From Promethearchaeota archaeon (GTDB lineage Archaea > Asgardarchaeota > Lokiarchaeia > Sigyniarchaeales > SOKP01), in contig JAHLWH010000183.1 in the NCBI GenBank assembly GCA_019058015.1, positions 1 to 41,811 of the forward strand: 41,811 nt of DNA, written 5' to 3'. Below, piece after piece: positions 30,317 to 39,364 of this stretch. The notes under the pieces are model-generated. The model saw only the letters and a program-made list of their open reading frames with translations. It did not search any database and was not told the origin of the DNA. Position 1 is the stretch's first letter. Every line of letters begins with the position of its first letter. Both the position numbers and the translations under genes were made by a program.

Positions 30317-32146
30317 ATAAAAGGATTTAGAGGTAAATTATTAAAGGTTAATCTTACAACAAAAGAAATTACTACTGAACCACTAAATGAAGAAATTGCG
30401 AAGAATTTCTTAGGAGGTTCTGGCTATGCATGTCGTTATTTATATGATTTAGTTGATAAGGAAACAGATCCACTTTCAGCTGAAAGAGTTTTGATGATAA
30501 TGACAGGTCCTCTTTTGGGGACATTCGCCCCTAATACTGGAAGATGGGTAATTTGTGCGAAATCACCTTATACAGGAATTTGGGGTGAAGCAAATTGCGG
30601 TAGCTTTTTCGGTGCTGAGGTTAAAAAAGCGGGATATGATGGCTTAATAATTACAGGTGCTTCAGATAAGCCTGTATATCTTGAAATTAATGATGACAAG
30701 GCTGAAATAAAAGATGCGGACTTTTTATGGGGAAAGGGTACATATGAGACAACTGAGAAACTCAAAGAAATTTTTGGAGATAAAAAAGCCTATGTTGCAT
30801 GTATTGGACAAGCCGGTGAAAATCTTGTAAAATTTGCTAATGTAATATCCGAAGAAAGAGCAGCAGGAAGAACAGGAATGGGCACCATAATGGGTTCCAA
30901 GAAATTGAAAGCAATTATTGTCAAAGGAAGTAACACTAAAGTTGATGTTGCAAATCCTGATAAATTAAAAGAAGCAATAAATATTTCGAGGGAAAGTGTT
31001 AAAAATGCTTTTATTACAACTTTGATGAATGATTTAGGAACATCCAGTGGCGTTGATATGTATAATGCACAAGGTGAATTGCCAATTAAATATTGGACTC
31101 AATCAAATTGGGATGGTGCATTTGACATATCTGGATCAACTATGACTGAAAAGATGTTAGTTGGTAAAAGATTTTGTCATTCTTGTGTTATTGGGTGTGG
31201 AAGGAAAATTGCTATTAAAGAAGGAAAATATCAAACAGAGGAATGTGAAGGTCCTGAATATGAAACGATTGCCGGATATGGATCAATGCTTTTGAATGAT
31301 AATTTAGAGTCAATTGCTCATTTAAATAAAAAATGCAATGATTATGGGATTGATACTATAAGTTCGAGTAGTGTGATTGCTTGTATATTTTATCATTATG
31401 ATCTTGGTAATATTAAAGTAGAAGATATTGACGGACTAAAACCAGAATGGGGAAATATTGATGTTGCTGAAGAATTGTTAGAAAAAATCATATATAGGCA
31501 AGGAATTGGTGATCTTTTAGCTGATGGTTCAGATGCAATTGCAAAAAAATTTAATATTTCACAAGATGAAATCGCTACAGTTAATGGATTAGAAGTTACA
31601 TACCATGACCTTCGTTCTTGTTATGGAATGGCAATAGCATATGGAATTGGACCAAGAGGTCCCTCCCATAATGCGTGCGACACCTATATGGTTTTAATGG
31701 GCCTTCCATTTCAAGAAATTGGCATTCAAAATATTGACAAATTCTTGGATAATAAAGAAATGGCTGAAGTATGTGCTTTAAATCAAGATTATCGCGCGTT
31801 CTATAGTTCTATGATAATGTGCTCTTTTTCCAATCCGCCGCCATCTCAAAACGCTGCATTAATTGAAAATACAACTGGATTAACATTTGGAATTAAAGAA
31901 GTCAAATTATATGGTGAAAGAATTCTCAATATGAAAAGAATGTTCAATATTAAAATGGGTTTAACATCAGCGGATGATAGATTGCCTGATATATTGTTAA
32001 GACCATTTGATGACGGTGGTGCGGCAGGTAGAACGCCAAATTTTGAACAATTGAAGAAATTATTTTATGAGTATCGAGACTGGGATCCTAATACGGGAAA
32101 ACCCAATGAATCTAAACTAAAATCATTAGGCTTGGATAAATTGTAA
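30317..32146 (+). CDS. aor: Aldehyde:ferredoxin oxidoreductase (W/Mo-pterin); start extended to ATA at 30317
   Basis: The upstream frame reads (I)KGFRGKLLKVNLT...FLGGSG...DPLS. Also KSPYTG, GRTGMG, CHSCVIGC, EGPEYE, GIDTIS, DDRLP. Confidence 0.93.
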   Translation: MKGFRGKLLKVNLTTKEITTEPLNEEIAKNFLGGSGYACRYLYDLVDKETDPLSAERVLMIMTGPLLGTFAPNTGRWVICAKSPYTGIWGEANCGSFFGAEVKKAGYDGLIITGASDKPVYLEINDDKAEIKDADFLWGKGTYETTEKLKEIFGDKKAYVACIGQAGENLVKFANVISEERAAGRTGMGTIMGSKKLKAIIVKGSNTKVDVANPDKLKEAINISRESVKNAFITTLMNDLGTSSGVDMYNAQGELPIKYWTQSNWDGAFDISGSTMTEKMLVGKRFCHSCVIGCGRKIAIKEGKYQTEECEGPEYETIAGYGSMLLNDNLESIAHLNKKCNDYGIDTISSSSVIACIFYHYDLGNIKVEDIDGLKPEWGNIDVAEELLEKIIYRQGIGDLLADGSDAIAKKFNISQDEIATVNGLEVTYHDLRSCYGMAIAYGIGPRGPSHNACDTYMVLMGLPFQEIGIQNIDKFLDNKEMAEVCALNQDYRAFYSSMIMCSFSNPPPSQNAALIENTTGLTFGIKEVKLYGERILNMKRMFNIKMGLTSADDRLPDILLRPFDDGGAAGRTPNFEQLKKLFYEYRDWDPNTGKPNESKLKSLGLDKL

Positions 32147-32163
32147 TTTATAAAAAATATATA

Positions 32164-32180
32164 TTTTTTTTCTTTTTCTC
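32164..32180 (+). terminator. Archaeal-type oligo-T terminator after aor
   Basis: Long T-rich tract about 17 nt after the stop codon. Confidence 0.5.
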
Positions 32181-32274
32181 TTGAAAATAAGGTAATTAAT
32201 TCAGAATTTATTAAGTGATTTTGAGAAGATTACAATCGAAAATATTTAAAATGGAAGTTAAAATATACCTGAAA

Positions 32275-32433
32275 TTACTCAGTTTTTTTAATTTCTCGAT
32301 GTTCCTTAGTTATCAAAAATCTAATAATTTCAGTATTATTTTTTATTCCATGATACTCTTTAATGTCTTCTAACTTATGAAATATTTCACTTTCGATTGG
32401 TACATGTAATTCTTTATTTTTCTCAACAACCAT
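32275..32433 (-). CDS. 52-aa ribbon-helix-helix (CopG/Arc-like) regulator, copy 1; missing from the ORF track
   Basis: Translated by hand: MVVEKNKELHVPIESEIFHKLEDIKEYHGIKNNTEIIRFLITKEHREIKKTE*. RHH-like strand-helix-G-helix pattern; frame preserved in the second copy. Confidence 0.75.
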   Translation of the reverse strand: MVVEKNKELHVPIESEIFHKLEDIKEYHGIKNNTEIIRFLITKEHREIKKTE

Positions 32434-32485
32434 TAGGTATATTTTAATTATTTTATTTAATAATTTTTTTGATTATCCAGATAAA

Positions 32486-32637
32486 ATCCACAAATTGGAA
32501 ATTGAATTGATAACTTTATATACAAAAATTATTAATTATCCATTTTTTATCCAAGAATTGGATAAGAAATTAATAAATTTATATATTAAATTTATTATCC
32601 GTCCATTTATGATCCATAATCCATCCAGAAATTGGAT
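32486..32637. promoter_or_regulatory. Divergent promoter region with three ATCCA-N5-TGGA(T/A) inverted-repeat boxes
   Basis: Boxes at 32486-32500, 32547-32565 (TTATCCAAGAATTGGATAA) and 32623-32637, interleaved with TATA-like elements. Confidence 0.6.
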
Positions 32638-32716
32638 AACTTAATAAATTGATTTATATAGATTATTTGTATATATTCCTAAAATTGAATTAAGAATTTA
32701 TATCTTCATTTAAAAA

Positions 32717-33673
32717 ATGTTTGAATTTGTATTTGCGCTACTATTTTTGATTGGCGGGATTTTAATTATATTTTTTGCCAGTAATATAGCTGTCAAGCAT
32801 TCTGCCATACTTGCATCCGCTCTAGGTATATCTCCCTTAATAATCGGTATTTCATTGGTGTCAATAGGCACTGATCTTCCTGAAATATTTAACTCAATCA
32901 TATCATGCTCTTTAGGACATGGAGATATTGATGTAGGGGATTCTGTAGGTTCAATTTTAACTCAGATTACTTTGGTCTTTGGGCTTCTACCTATAATTTG
33001 CGGTTCATTTAAGATTGATAGAAAGGAAATTATTATCTTGGGTGCTTGCCAAATTTTAGGGCTTATAGTGATTTATGCTATTCTTGAAAAAGGATATTTC
33101 ACTCAACTTAATGCTATTATTATGGTTGGAAGTTTGGTGATTTATTTAATAATAATAAGTAGTGTTACTAAGGAAAGCATTTTGGAGCGGGTAGATTTGA
33201 TAGAAAAAACAGATACTACCAGAAGTAAACCATTTCATATTATAATAGCCTTTTTAGGTTTTATAGGAGTAGCTATTGGTGCATCTGCCATTGTTCAATC
33301 AATAATTACACTCTCAAGCATATTTCATGTTCATGAATATATCATTAGTTTTTTTATAGCCAGTCTCGGAACTTCTCTCCCAGAATTAGTAGTCGATGTA
33401 AATGCTATTCGTAAGAAACATTATAAAATCGCAATTGGAGATATAGTTGGTAGTTGTATAGTTGATTCAACACTCTCCATAGGGATAGGGCAAGTACTTT
33501 TTCCACAAGTAATTTCTGCCGAACTCGCAGTTCCGACAGTTCTATATACTCTTTTTGCATCTTTTATAGTTTTTATTATTGTTGCAGTTAAAAAAAAAAT
33601 GGATAAAAAAGCTGGAATTGCTTTCATCATACTCTATTTATTTTCATATTTATTATTATTTATTTTAATCTAA
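32717..33673 (+). CDS. Ca2+/cation antiporter (YrbG/NCX_Mj family), copy 1
   Basis: Ten TM segments; alpha repeats GTDLPE...GDSVGS and GTSLPE...GDIVGS. Confidence 0.9.
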   Translation: MFEFVFALLFLIGGILIIFFASNIAVKHSAILASALGISPLIIGISLVSIGTDLPEIFNSIISCSLGHGDIDVGDSVGSILTQITLVFGLLPIICGSFKIDRKEIIILGACQILGLIVIYAILEKGYFTQLNAIIMVGSLVIYLIIISSVTKESILERVDLIEKTDTTRSKPFHIIIAFLGFIGVAIGASAIVQSIITLSSIFHVHEYIISFFIASLGTSLPELVVDVNAIRKKHYKIAIGDIVGSCIVDSTLSIGIGQVLFPQVISAELAVPTVLYTLFASFIVFIIVAVKKKMDKKAGIAFIILYLFSYLLLFILI

Positions 33674-33675
33674 AT

Positions 33676-33798
33676 TTAACCTTCTTGCGTTTTCAAACCA
33701 GATATTTCCTCTCTTTCCACTCTCTTTATGCTAATAGCATCATTTGGGCAAGTGACTGTACATAACCAATATCCCATACTTTTTTTTGGATTAATATC
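33676..33798 (-). pseudogene. Remnant C-terminus of a 4Fe-4S ferredoxin-domain protein
   Basis: Translates DINPKKSMGYWLCTVTCPNDAISIKRVEREEISG...*, a degenerate CxxCxxCxxxCP-xxAI motif with two Cys lost; no N-terminus. Confidence 0.65.
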
Positions 33799-33998
33799 AA
33801 AATTTATAGACTTGGGCTTAGATAAATTATAGTTAATAAAAATAATCTTTTTATTTCTAAAAACAGATTAATTACTAAAATTTATCTATTAAAATATTTT
33901 TCATTAAAATTTGCAAGCAATATAAAAGTAATCGTTATTAGATTAAAAATTTGAAAAATAAGAAAAACCACCAAAAAAGAAATTGAAAATACCTGAAA

Positions 33999-34157
33999 TC
34001 ACTCGGATGTTTTAATTTCTCGATATTCCTTAGTTATCAAAAATCTAATAATTTCAGTATTATTTTTTATTCCATGATACTCTTTAATGTCTTCTAACTT
34101 TTGAAATATTTCCTTTTCGATTGGAACATGCAATTCTTTATTTTTCTCAGGCACCAT
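33999..34157 (-). CDS. 52-aa ribbon-helix-helix regulator, copy 2; missing from the ORF track
   Basis: MVPEKNKELHVPIEKEIFQKLEDIKEYHGIKNNTEIIRFLITKEYREIKTSE*. Confidence 0.75.
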   Translation of the reverse strand: MVPEKNKELHVPIEKEIFQKLEDIKEYHGIKNNTEIIRFLITKEYREIKTSE

Positions 34158-34208
34158 TAGATATATTTTAATATTTTTTTTTTAATAATTTTTTGGTTAC
34201 TAAAAAAA

Positions 34209-34348
34209 ATCCACAAATTGGAAATTAAATTGATGACTTTATATACAAGAGTTATTGATCATCCATTTATTATCCAATTTTTGGAGAATAAATGGATAAC
34301 TTTATAAATTGATTTAAAGGTTATTTATATATAATCCACAAATTGAAA
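34209..34348. promoter_or_regulatory. Second copy of the divergent promoter with ATCCA-N5-TG(G/A)A boxes
   Basis: Boxes at 34209-34223, 34272-34286 and 34334-34348 (the last degenerate). Confidence 0.5.
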
Positions 34349-34373
34349 AAAAATTCAAAACTTCTGCTGAAAA

Positions 34374-35336
34374 ATGTATGAAATCTTATTTGCGATTATA
34401 TTTCTTATTATCGGAATATTTCTTATAGCATTTTCCAGTAAAATCGCTGTAAAACATTCAGCAATCCTCGCAACTGCTCTTGGTGTATCACCTTTAATAA
34501 TCGGTCTCTCATTGGTATCAATAGGAACAGATCTTCCAGAAATATTTAACTCAATTATCTCATGTTCTTTAGGGCACGGAGATATTGATGTAGGGGATTC
34601 TGTAGGTTCAGATTTAACTCAATTAACTTTAGTTTTTGGACTTCTGCCCATAATTTGCGGCTCATTTAAGGTTGATAGAAGGGAAATCATTGTATTAGGT
34701 GGATGTGAGATTTTATCACTTATAGTAATTTATGCCATTGTTGAAAAAGGATATTTTACTCGACTTAATGCACTTATTATGGTTGGGAGTTTGGTGATTT
34801 ATTTAATAATAATAAGTAGAGTTACTAAGGAAAGTATTTTGGAGCGGGTAGATTTGATGGAAAAAATTGAAACTACTAGAAGCAAACCATTTCATATTAT
34901 GATTGCCTCTTTAGGTTTCATAGGCGTAGCTATTGGCGCATATGCAATCGTTCAATCAATAATAACACTCTCAAGTGTACTTGATGTTCATGAATATATC
35001 ATCAGTTTCTTTATAGCTAGCCTCGGTACTTCTCTCCCAGAATTAGTAGTCGATATAAATGCTATTCGCAATAAACATTATAAGATCGCAATCGGAGATA
35101 TTGTTGGTAGTTGCATAGTTGATTCAACACTCTCCATAGGAATAGGACAAGTACTTTTTCCACAAGCGGTTTCTGCCGAAATCGCAATTCCTACAATTCT
35201 TTATACTCTTTTAGTATCTTTTATTGTTTTTGTCATGGTTGCAGTAAGAAAAAAAATGGATAAAAAAGCTGGTATTATCTTCATTTCCCTATATTTAGCT
35301 TCATACATATTTCTCTTTTTTACGATTTGGATTTAA
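34374..35336 (+). CDS. Ca2+/cation antiporter (YrbG/NCX_Mj family), copy 2
   Basis: Highly similar paralogue of 32717..33673. Confidence 0.9.
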   Translation: MYEILFAIIFLIIGIFLIAFSSKIAVKHSAILATALGVSPLIIGLSLVSIGTDLPEIFNSIISCSLGHGDIDVGDSVGSDLTQLTLVFGLLPIICGSFKVDRREIIVLGGCEILSLIVIYAIVEKGYFTRLNALIMVGSLVIYLIIISRVTKESILERVDLMEKIETTRSKPFHIMIASLGFIGVAIGAYAIVQSIITLSSVLDVHEYIISFFIASLGTSLPELVVDINAIRNKHYKIAIGDIVGSCIVDSTLSIGIGQVLFPQAVSAEIAIPTILYTLLVSFIVFVMVAVRKKMDKKAGIIFISLYLASYIFLFFTIWI

Positions 35337-35422
35337 GGTTTCAGAATTATATTCGTATTTTTACATCTCTAAATCAGAAATATCATAAGTTTAATTAATT
35401 ATTAATAAAAATAAAGATTTAA

Positions 35423-36658
35423 TTACTCACTTAGCTGGATACTGGTTGGAATAATAATTGCTTTTAATGATTCTCCATGATCTTCTGTTAATTTATTAAT
35501 TAAATCTGCCCATTTTTTAAACAATAATACCTTTGACTTTCCATAGATATGATCAATATCATTATTACTGAGGTGTTCTGAAAAACAATATACCTTTCTT
35601 CGTTTTACAAAAGCTTTCCAAATCATTTGTTCACAAACAGGACTATATAATTTTGCTCCTGTTTCCGCAATTAGACTGTGGAATCCACGTCCTTCATAAC
35701 ATGAAGTCATAATGGCAATTGTGCCATATCTTTTTAACATGTTATTTGGGGCTGTCATTAAGAAATTAAAAGCTTTATGCATACCTTGTGTGAGTTCTGT
35801 ATCTTCTGGAAACAGATTAAAAAACGCAACTTCATTATCTAAGGTAACTTTTGTTTTATATACTCGATTACCTAGTTCCATTGCTTTTCTATGAGCCTTA
35901 ATAAAGTCTCCCGTAAAACAACCTCCAATTTTTCCGTTTTCTGTAAGAATAATATTTATGCTAAAATCCAACCCTACCTTTTTGGCAGTATCTTCAATAT
36001 CTTTTCTGATTTCTGTAACACGACCCATCCCTGCTCCTGATCCTCCTTTCATTGCCATATTATGGTTTCCATATAGAGTTTCAATTCCACAAACCCCAGG
36101 TAAGACAATTTTTGCTCCACCACCAAATCCAGCTAATGGATGTGGAATCACACCACCTATTGCGATCTTTAAATCAGATTCATAATACGTTTTATTAACA
36201 TGAATTGGTGTGTCCATTTTGGTCTTCCCCAAATCAACTAAATTCTCATAAGGATGATGGTTTTGAATCCTATAATTCTCTACTATTTCTCTCCCCAGTT
36301 TTAAGGTATAATCATGTCTATTCATTGGTCTATGTGCTCCAGTAGCACCAATTATTGTAATTTCATCTTTAGATATGCCACTGTTGTGAAGTTCTTTTAA
36401 AACATGGGGGATTATTTGGTATATAGGCGTAGGTCTTGACATATCATCAATAACAATTGTAATTTTCTTCTTACCTTGAGCGAGTTCTGACAATTTTGAA
36501 GAACCAATAGGATTCAAAACAGCATTTTTTATTTCCTCTTCTGAAATCTCTTGAGTATTGTTCATTCTGCCTTCTGAAACTTCCCATGAATCTGGAAACT
36601 CAAATTCTCTGAATTCCGGCTCTTTCCATGATGCCCAAGGAACTTTTATCTTTACCAT
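35423..36658 (-). CDS. LarA-family (DUF2088) nickel-pincer-dependent 2-hydroxy-acid racemase/epimerase
   Basis: DDMSRPTP, ATGAHR, PHPLAGFGGGAKIVLPG, NH motifs. Confidence 0.85.
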   Translation of the reverse strand: MVKIKVPWASWKEPEFREFEFPDSWEVSEGRMNNTQEISEEEIKNAVLNPIGSSKLSELAQGKKKITIVIDDMSRPTPIYQIIPHVLKELHNSGISKDEITIIGATGAHRPMNRHDYTLKLGREIVENYRIQNHHPYENLVDLGKTKMDTPIHVNKTYYESDLKIAIGGVIPHPLAGFGGGAKIVLPGVCGIETLYGNHNMAMKGGSGAGMGRVTEIRKDIEDTAKKVGLDFSINIILTENGKIGGCFTGDFIKAHRKAMELGNRVYKTKVTLDNEVAFFNLFPEDTELTQGMHKAFNFLMTAPNNMLKRYGTIAIMTSCYEGRGFHSLIAETGAKLYSPVCEQMIWKAFVKRRKVYCFSEHLSNNDIDHIYGKSKVLLFKKWADLINKLTEDHGESLKAIIIPTSIQLSE

Positions 36659-36765
36659 TTTTAAGAACCTTCTTGAATTTTCTTTATATATTGATTTAAT
36701 TGTTATCTTAAATATTATTTTATTAATTTTAAAATTTAAATCGTAACAAAAAATGGGAATAGTTT

Positions 36766-37251
36766 ATGTATCCAGATAAAGAGAAAGGTATAAAAAAACA
36801 AAATCGAATTTCTAAGGACCAATATTTTATGGAACTTACGGAAATTGTATCAAAAAGGTCCACGTGTATTAAAAGAAAGGTAGGTGCTGTATTAATTATG
36901 GACAATCATATTCTTTCTACCGGATATAATGGCGCTCCATCTGGATTTACTCATTGTACTGCCCAAACATGTGTAAGGCAAAATCTAAAAGAAGGAGAAC
37001 ACCCAGAATTGTGTAGGGGAGTGCATGCCGAAGCCAATTGTATAATTCAAGCTGCACTTCATGGAACATCAATCGATGGAAATACCACATTATATTGTAC
37101 AACGTTTCCTTGTATGTCTTGTTTAAAATTGTTAATGAATGCAAAAGTAAATAGAATTGTATATAAAGAGGGTTATTTTATGGAGAATAAAGTAAAACAA
37201 GATTTGGTAGATGAATCAAAAATGAAAATTGAGCAGTTTTCTGTTAAATAA
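36766..37251 (+). CDS. dCMP deaminase family protein
   Basis: RSTCIKRKVGA, TGYNG, HAEAN, PCMSC. Confidence 0.92.
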   Translation: MYPDKEKGIKKQNRISKDQYFMELTEIVSKRSTCIKRKVGAVLIMDNHILSTGYNGAPSGFTHCTAQTCVRQNLKEGEHPELCRGVHAEANCIIQAALHGTSIDGNTTLYCTTFPCMSCLKLLMNAKVNRIVYKEGYFMENKVKQDLVDESKMKIEQFSVK

Positions 37252-37264
37252 ACTTCATTTTTTT

Positions 37265-38194
37265 CTAATTGACTAACCGATTAACTACTAGATCTTTAAA
37301 AGATTTGAGGTCTTTCCAAGAAGTTGCACACCGAATATTGTTTCCATTTTCGCTTATTTTGGTTAAACCTTTTTCGGTAACTTCAATTTTTAAATTTTCA
37401 ATATTAAGTAATTCCTCAGAAAAGGCAAGATATATCGCAACGGTATCATATAGAATCGAAGTTCTTTGTTCTTTACGAATTAAGTTAGAATATCTTCTTT
37501 TTTTAGCCCAAATCTTAAAATTTTCTTTTATTGAATTCACAATAGGATTGCTACACTTAATGATACGCTTGAAATTTTCACCCGATAATCTGATATTTCC
37601 ACATGTATCCAGAGGGGTAATTGTTATCTCCCATGGAGCTTGAAAAACTTCTCTACAAGCCTGTATATTACGAATTACATTGTATTCTAATTGAGGAATA
37701 GGATTTCCTTCATAACCAATGCGTATACTACCTTGCATTCCTACAAAACGCGCATTCTGTGTAATTTCTGATCTTAATTTAAGTGCCTCAGCGATATTTC
37801 CTAGTGGTCCAATAGAGATAAGTGTAATTGGCTTAAGAGATTCTATTATTGTTGTACATAGTGCTTTAATACCATTTTCATGGATAATTCCAGGATATTG
37901 CAATAAATCATAATCTTTTACCCAACGATATAATGAACCTTTAATATGGCTGTCTTTAGGACCGATCCTGATTGGTATTTCAGTACGACCCGCGATTTCA
38001 AGAAATTTAGCAACAAGCTTAGCCTTAATCATAGTATCTTCTGAAGTAGTTGTAATTAATTTAACATCTAACTCTGGACACTTTAATAATAAACCTAAAG
38101 CCCATGTATCATCGATATCTATTCCGATATCAGTATTAAGTATAACTGGAATTTTCTTAGCATTTAGAATATTAGCATCATTTCCATTTGACAA
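37265..38194 (-). CDS. Inosine/uridine-preferring nucleoside hydrolase family
   Basis: NTDIGIDIDD, IGPLGN, EYNV, PLD, LYD; TTG start. Confidence 0.88.
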   Translation of the reverse strand: MSNGNDANILNAKKIPVILNTDIGIDIDDTWALGLLLKCPELDVKLITTTSEDTMIKAKLVAKFLEIAGRTEIPIRIGPKDSHIKGSLYRWVKDYDLLQYPGIIHENGIKALCTTIIESLKPITLISIGPLGNIAEALKLRSEITQNARFVGMQGSIRIGYEGNPIPQLEYNVIRNIQACREVFQAPWEITITPLDTCGNIRLSGENFKRIIKCSNPIVNSIKENFKIWAKKRRYSNLIRKEQRTSILYDTVAIYLAFSEELLNIENLKIEVTEKGLTKISENGNNIRCATSWKDLKSFKDLVVNRLVN

Positions 38195-38341
38195 AATAGA
38201 TCATCTTTTTATGAGAAATGATTAATTATTATAGTCATTGTTTCTAATATCTAACAATAAATTAAATTTTTCAAATTTAGGAAGTTAGAATTATAAATAA
38301 ATAATAAATTAATCAGAACTATTATATCTATTAAATCTAAA

Positions 38342-38758
38342 TTATTTAATTGATTTGATTCTACTCAAAATTTCCTCAGTTGTTAGAATCTCTATCTGAT
38401 TTTGTTGTTCTTTTAATTTTTTATCATTCGACCAAACTTTAGCGTTTATCGTTAAAGCAAGGGCTAAATAAACAACATCTTTAGGATCGGGAGATATTTC
38501 TGTACCTTGCTCTATAAATAACATAATATCTTCTTGCGGAATAATTTTAATTCTTCGCTTGAATAGCTCTAAAAATTTTTTAAAATCATCGCTAGTTCTA
38601 TGAGTCTTTTTTAGAATTATCTTTTCATATTTTGCAAATTCATCTAAAAGAAATTCTGGTGCATAAAGTTGAAGCTCATCATTAATAATTAATTCAGCAG
38701 TTAATGAGTCTTTAATTAATGCTGCAAATAATATATTAGCATCAATTACCAATCTCAC
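38342..38758 (-). CDS. vapC: PIN-domain (VapC) toxin
   Basis: VIDANIL, DE, DPKD, WSNDKKL; GTG start overlaps the antitoxin stop (TAGTG). Confidence 0.9.
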   Translation of the reverse strand: MRLVIDANILFAALIKDSLTAELIINDELQLYAPEFLLDEFAKYEKIILKKTHRTSDDFKKFLELFKRRIKIIPQEDIMLFIEQGTEISPDPKDVVYLALALTINAKVWSNDKKLKEQQNQIEILTTEEILSRIKSIK

Positions 38759-38985
38759 TAATGATCCCTCTTATATCGCCTAGCTAAAAGTTTACTTACT
38801 TCTTGTCCTAAAACTTCTGCTTCTTCGGGGGAAATATCACTATTCACTCTAAAACCTTTTAAAAAATTAAGATCTGCTATTTTTTGTCTCATTGATGCCC
38901 TTGCAACCTCCGACCAATTAATTTCTGGGAACTTCTCTATTTCTTTCTTTAAATCATCAGGGATTGAAAAAGTAAAATTCGTCAT
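38758..38985 (-). CDS. vapB: RHH antitoxin (VapB-like)
   Basis: MTNFTFSIPDDLKKEIEKFPEINWSEVARASM; translationally coupled to the PIN gene. Confidence 0.85.
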   Translation of the reverse strand: MTNFTFSIPDDLKKEIEKFPEINWSEVARASMRQKIADLNFLKGFRVNSDISPEEAEVLGQEVSKLLARRYKRDH

Positions 38986-39022
38986 TTTATAAACTCTTTC
39001 ATGTTTTTTTTAATATTTATAT

Positions 39023-39049
39023 ACATATATTTATGTGAAAATATGTGAA
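39023..39049. promoter_or_regulatory. Probable autoregulatory operator of the VapBC pair
   Basis: ACATA-TATT-TATGT inverted repeat plus a TATGTGAA direct repeat at 10-bp spacing, next to a TATA-like element. Confidence 0.45.
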
Positions 39050-39182
39050 TTTAAATTTTTGCAATAATTTAGTGAAAGATTATGAGGAAGAAAGCAGAGG
39101 TAATATTGAAGAAAAAACATTAACAAAATAAATATAATCAAGATCTGGTAATACACTTCTTCTTTTATATATAAATGAAGTA

Positions 39183-39364
39183 TTAAAAAAAATTCTGATA
39201 CTTTTTATTTGCAATATTTTTTCTGTCTTGAACTCTCTCTTCCTTACTTTTATTCATTTTAAGTATATTATTACAAATTTCTTTTCCAATAATTACTGAA
39301 GGATTAGTCGCCCAATTCACATTAATCATCGTGCAAAAGTGATATACACTTGCTTGAATTAGTG
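39183..39364 (-). repeat. 182-bp diverged direct repeat of the 3' end of the PGI-like gene (40237-40418)
   Basis: Translates LIQASVYHFCTMINVNWATNPSVIIGKEICNNILKMNKSKEERVQDRKNIANKKYQNFF*, against the gene's LIQASIYFFCTM...NDKFQNFF*. Confidence 0.92.

Larger units (their letters stand above)
32265..35336. repeat. Tandem duplication of a ~1.4-kb unit (RHH gene, promoter, antiporter): ~32265-33673 and ~33989-35336
   Basis: DNA-level similarity begins at ATACCTGAAAT in both copies and runs through both genes. Confidence 0.88.

Noticed and set aside
32470-32640. CRISPR array or iteron origin from the recurring ATCC motifs
   Set aside because: The repeats are short, irregularly spaced and palindromic, with no cas or rep genes; they fit operators better.
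190-37913. Numerous 60-130 aa ORFs overlapping long genes (e.g. 5972..6235, 13243..13602, 23975..24370, 37269..37643)
   Set aside because: They are antisense or alternate-frame shadows of well-supported genes, with no motifs of their own.
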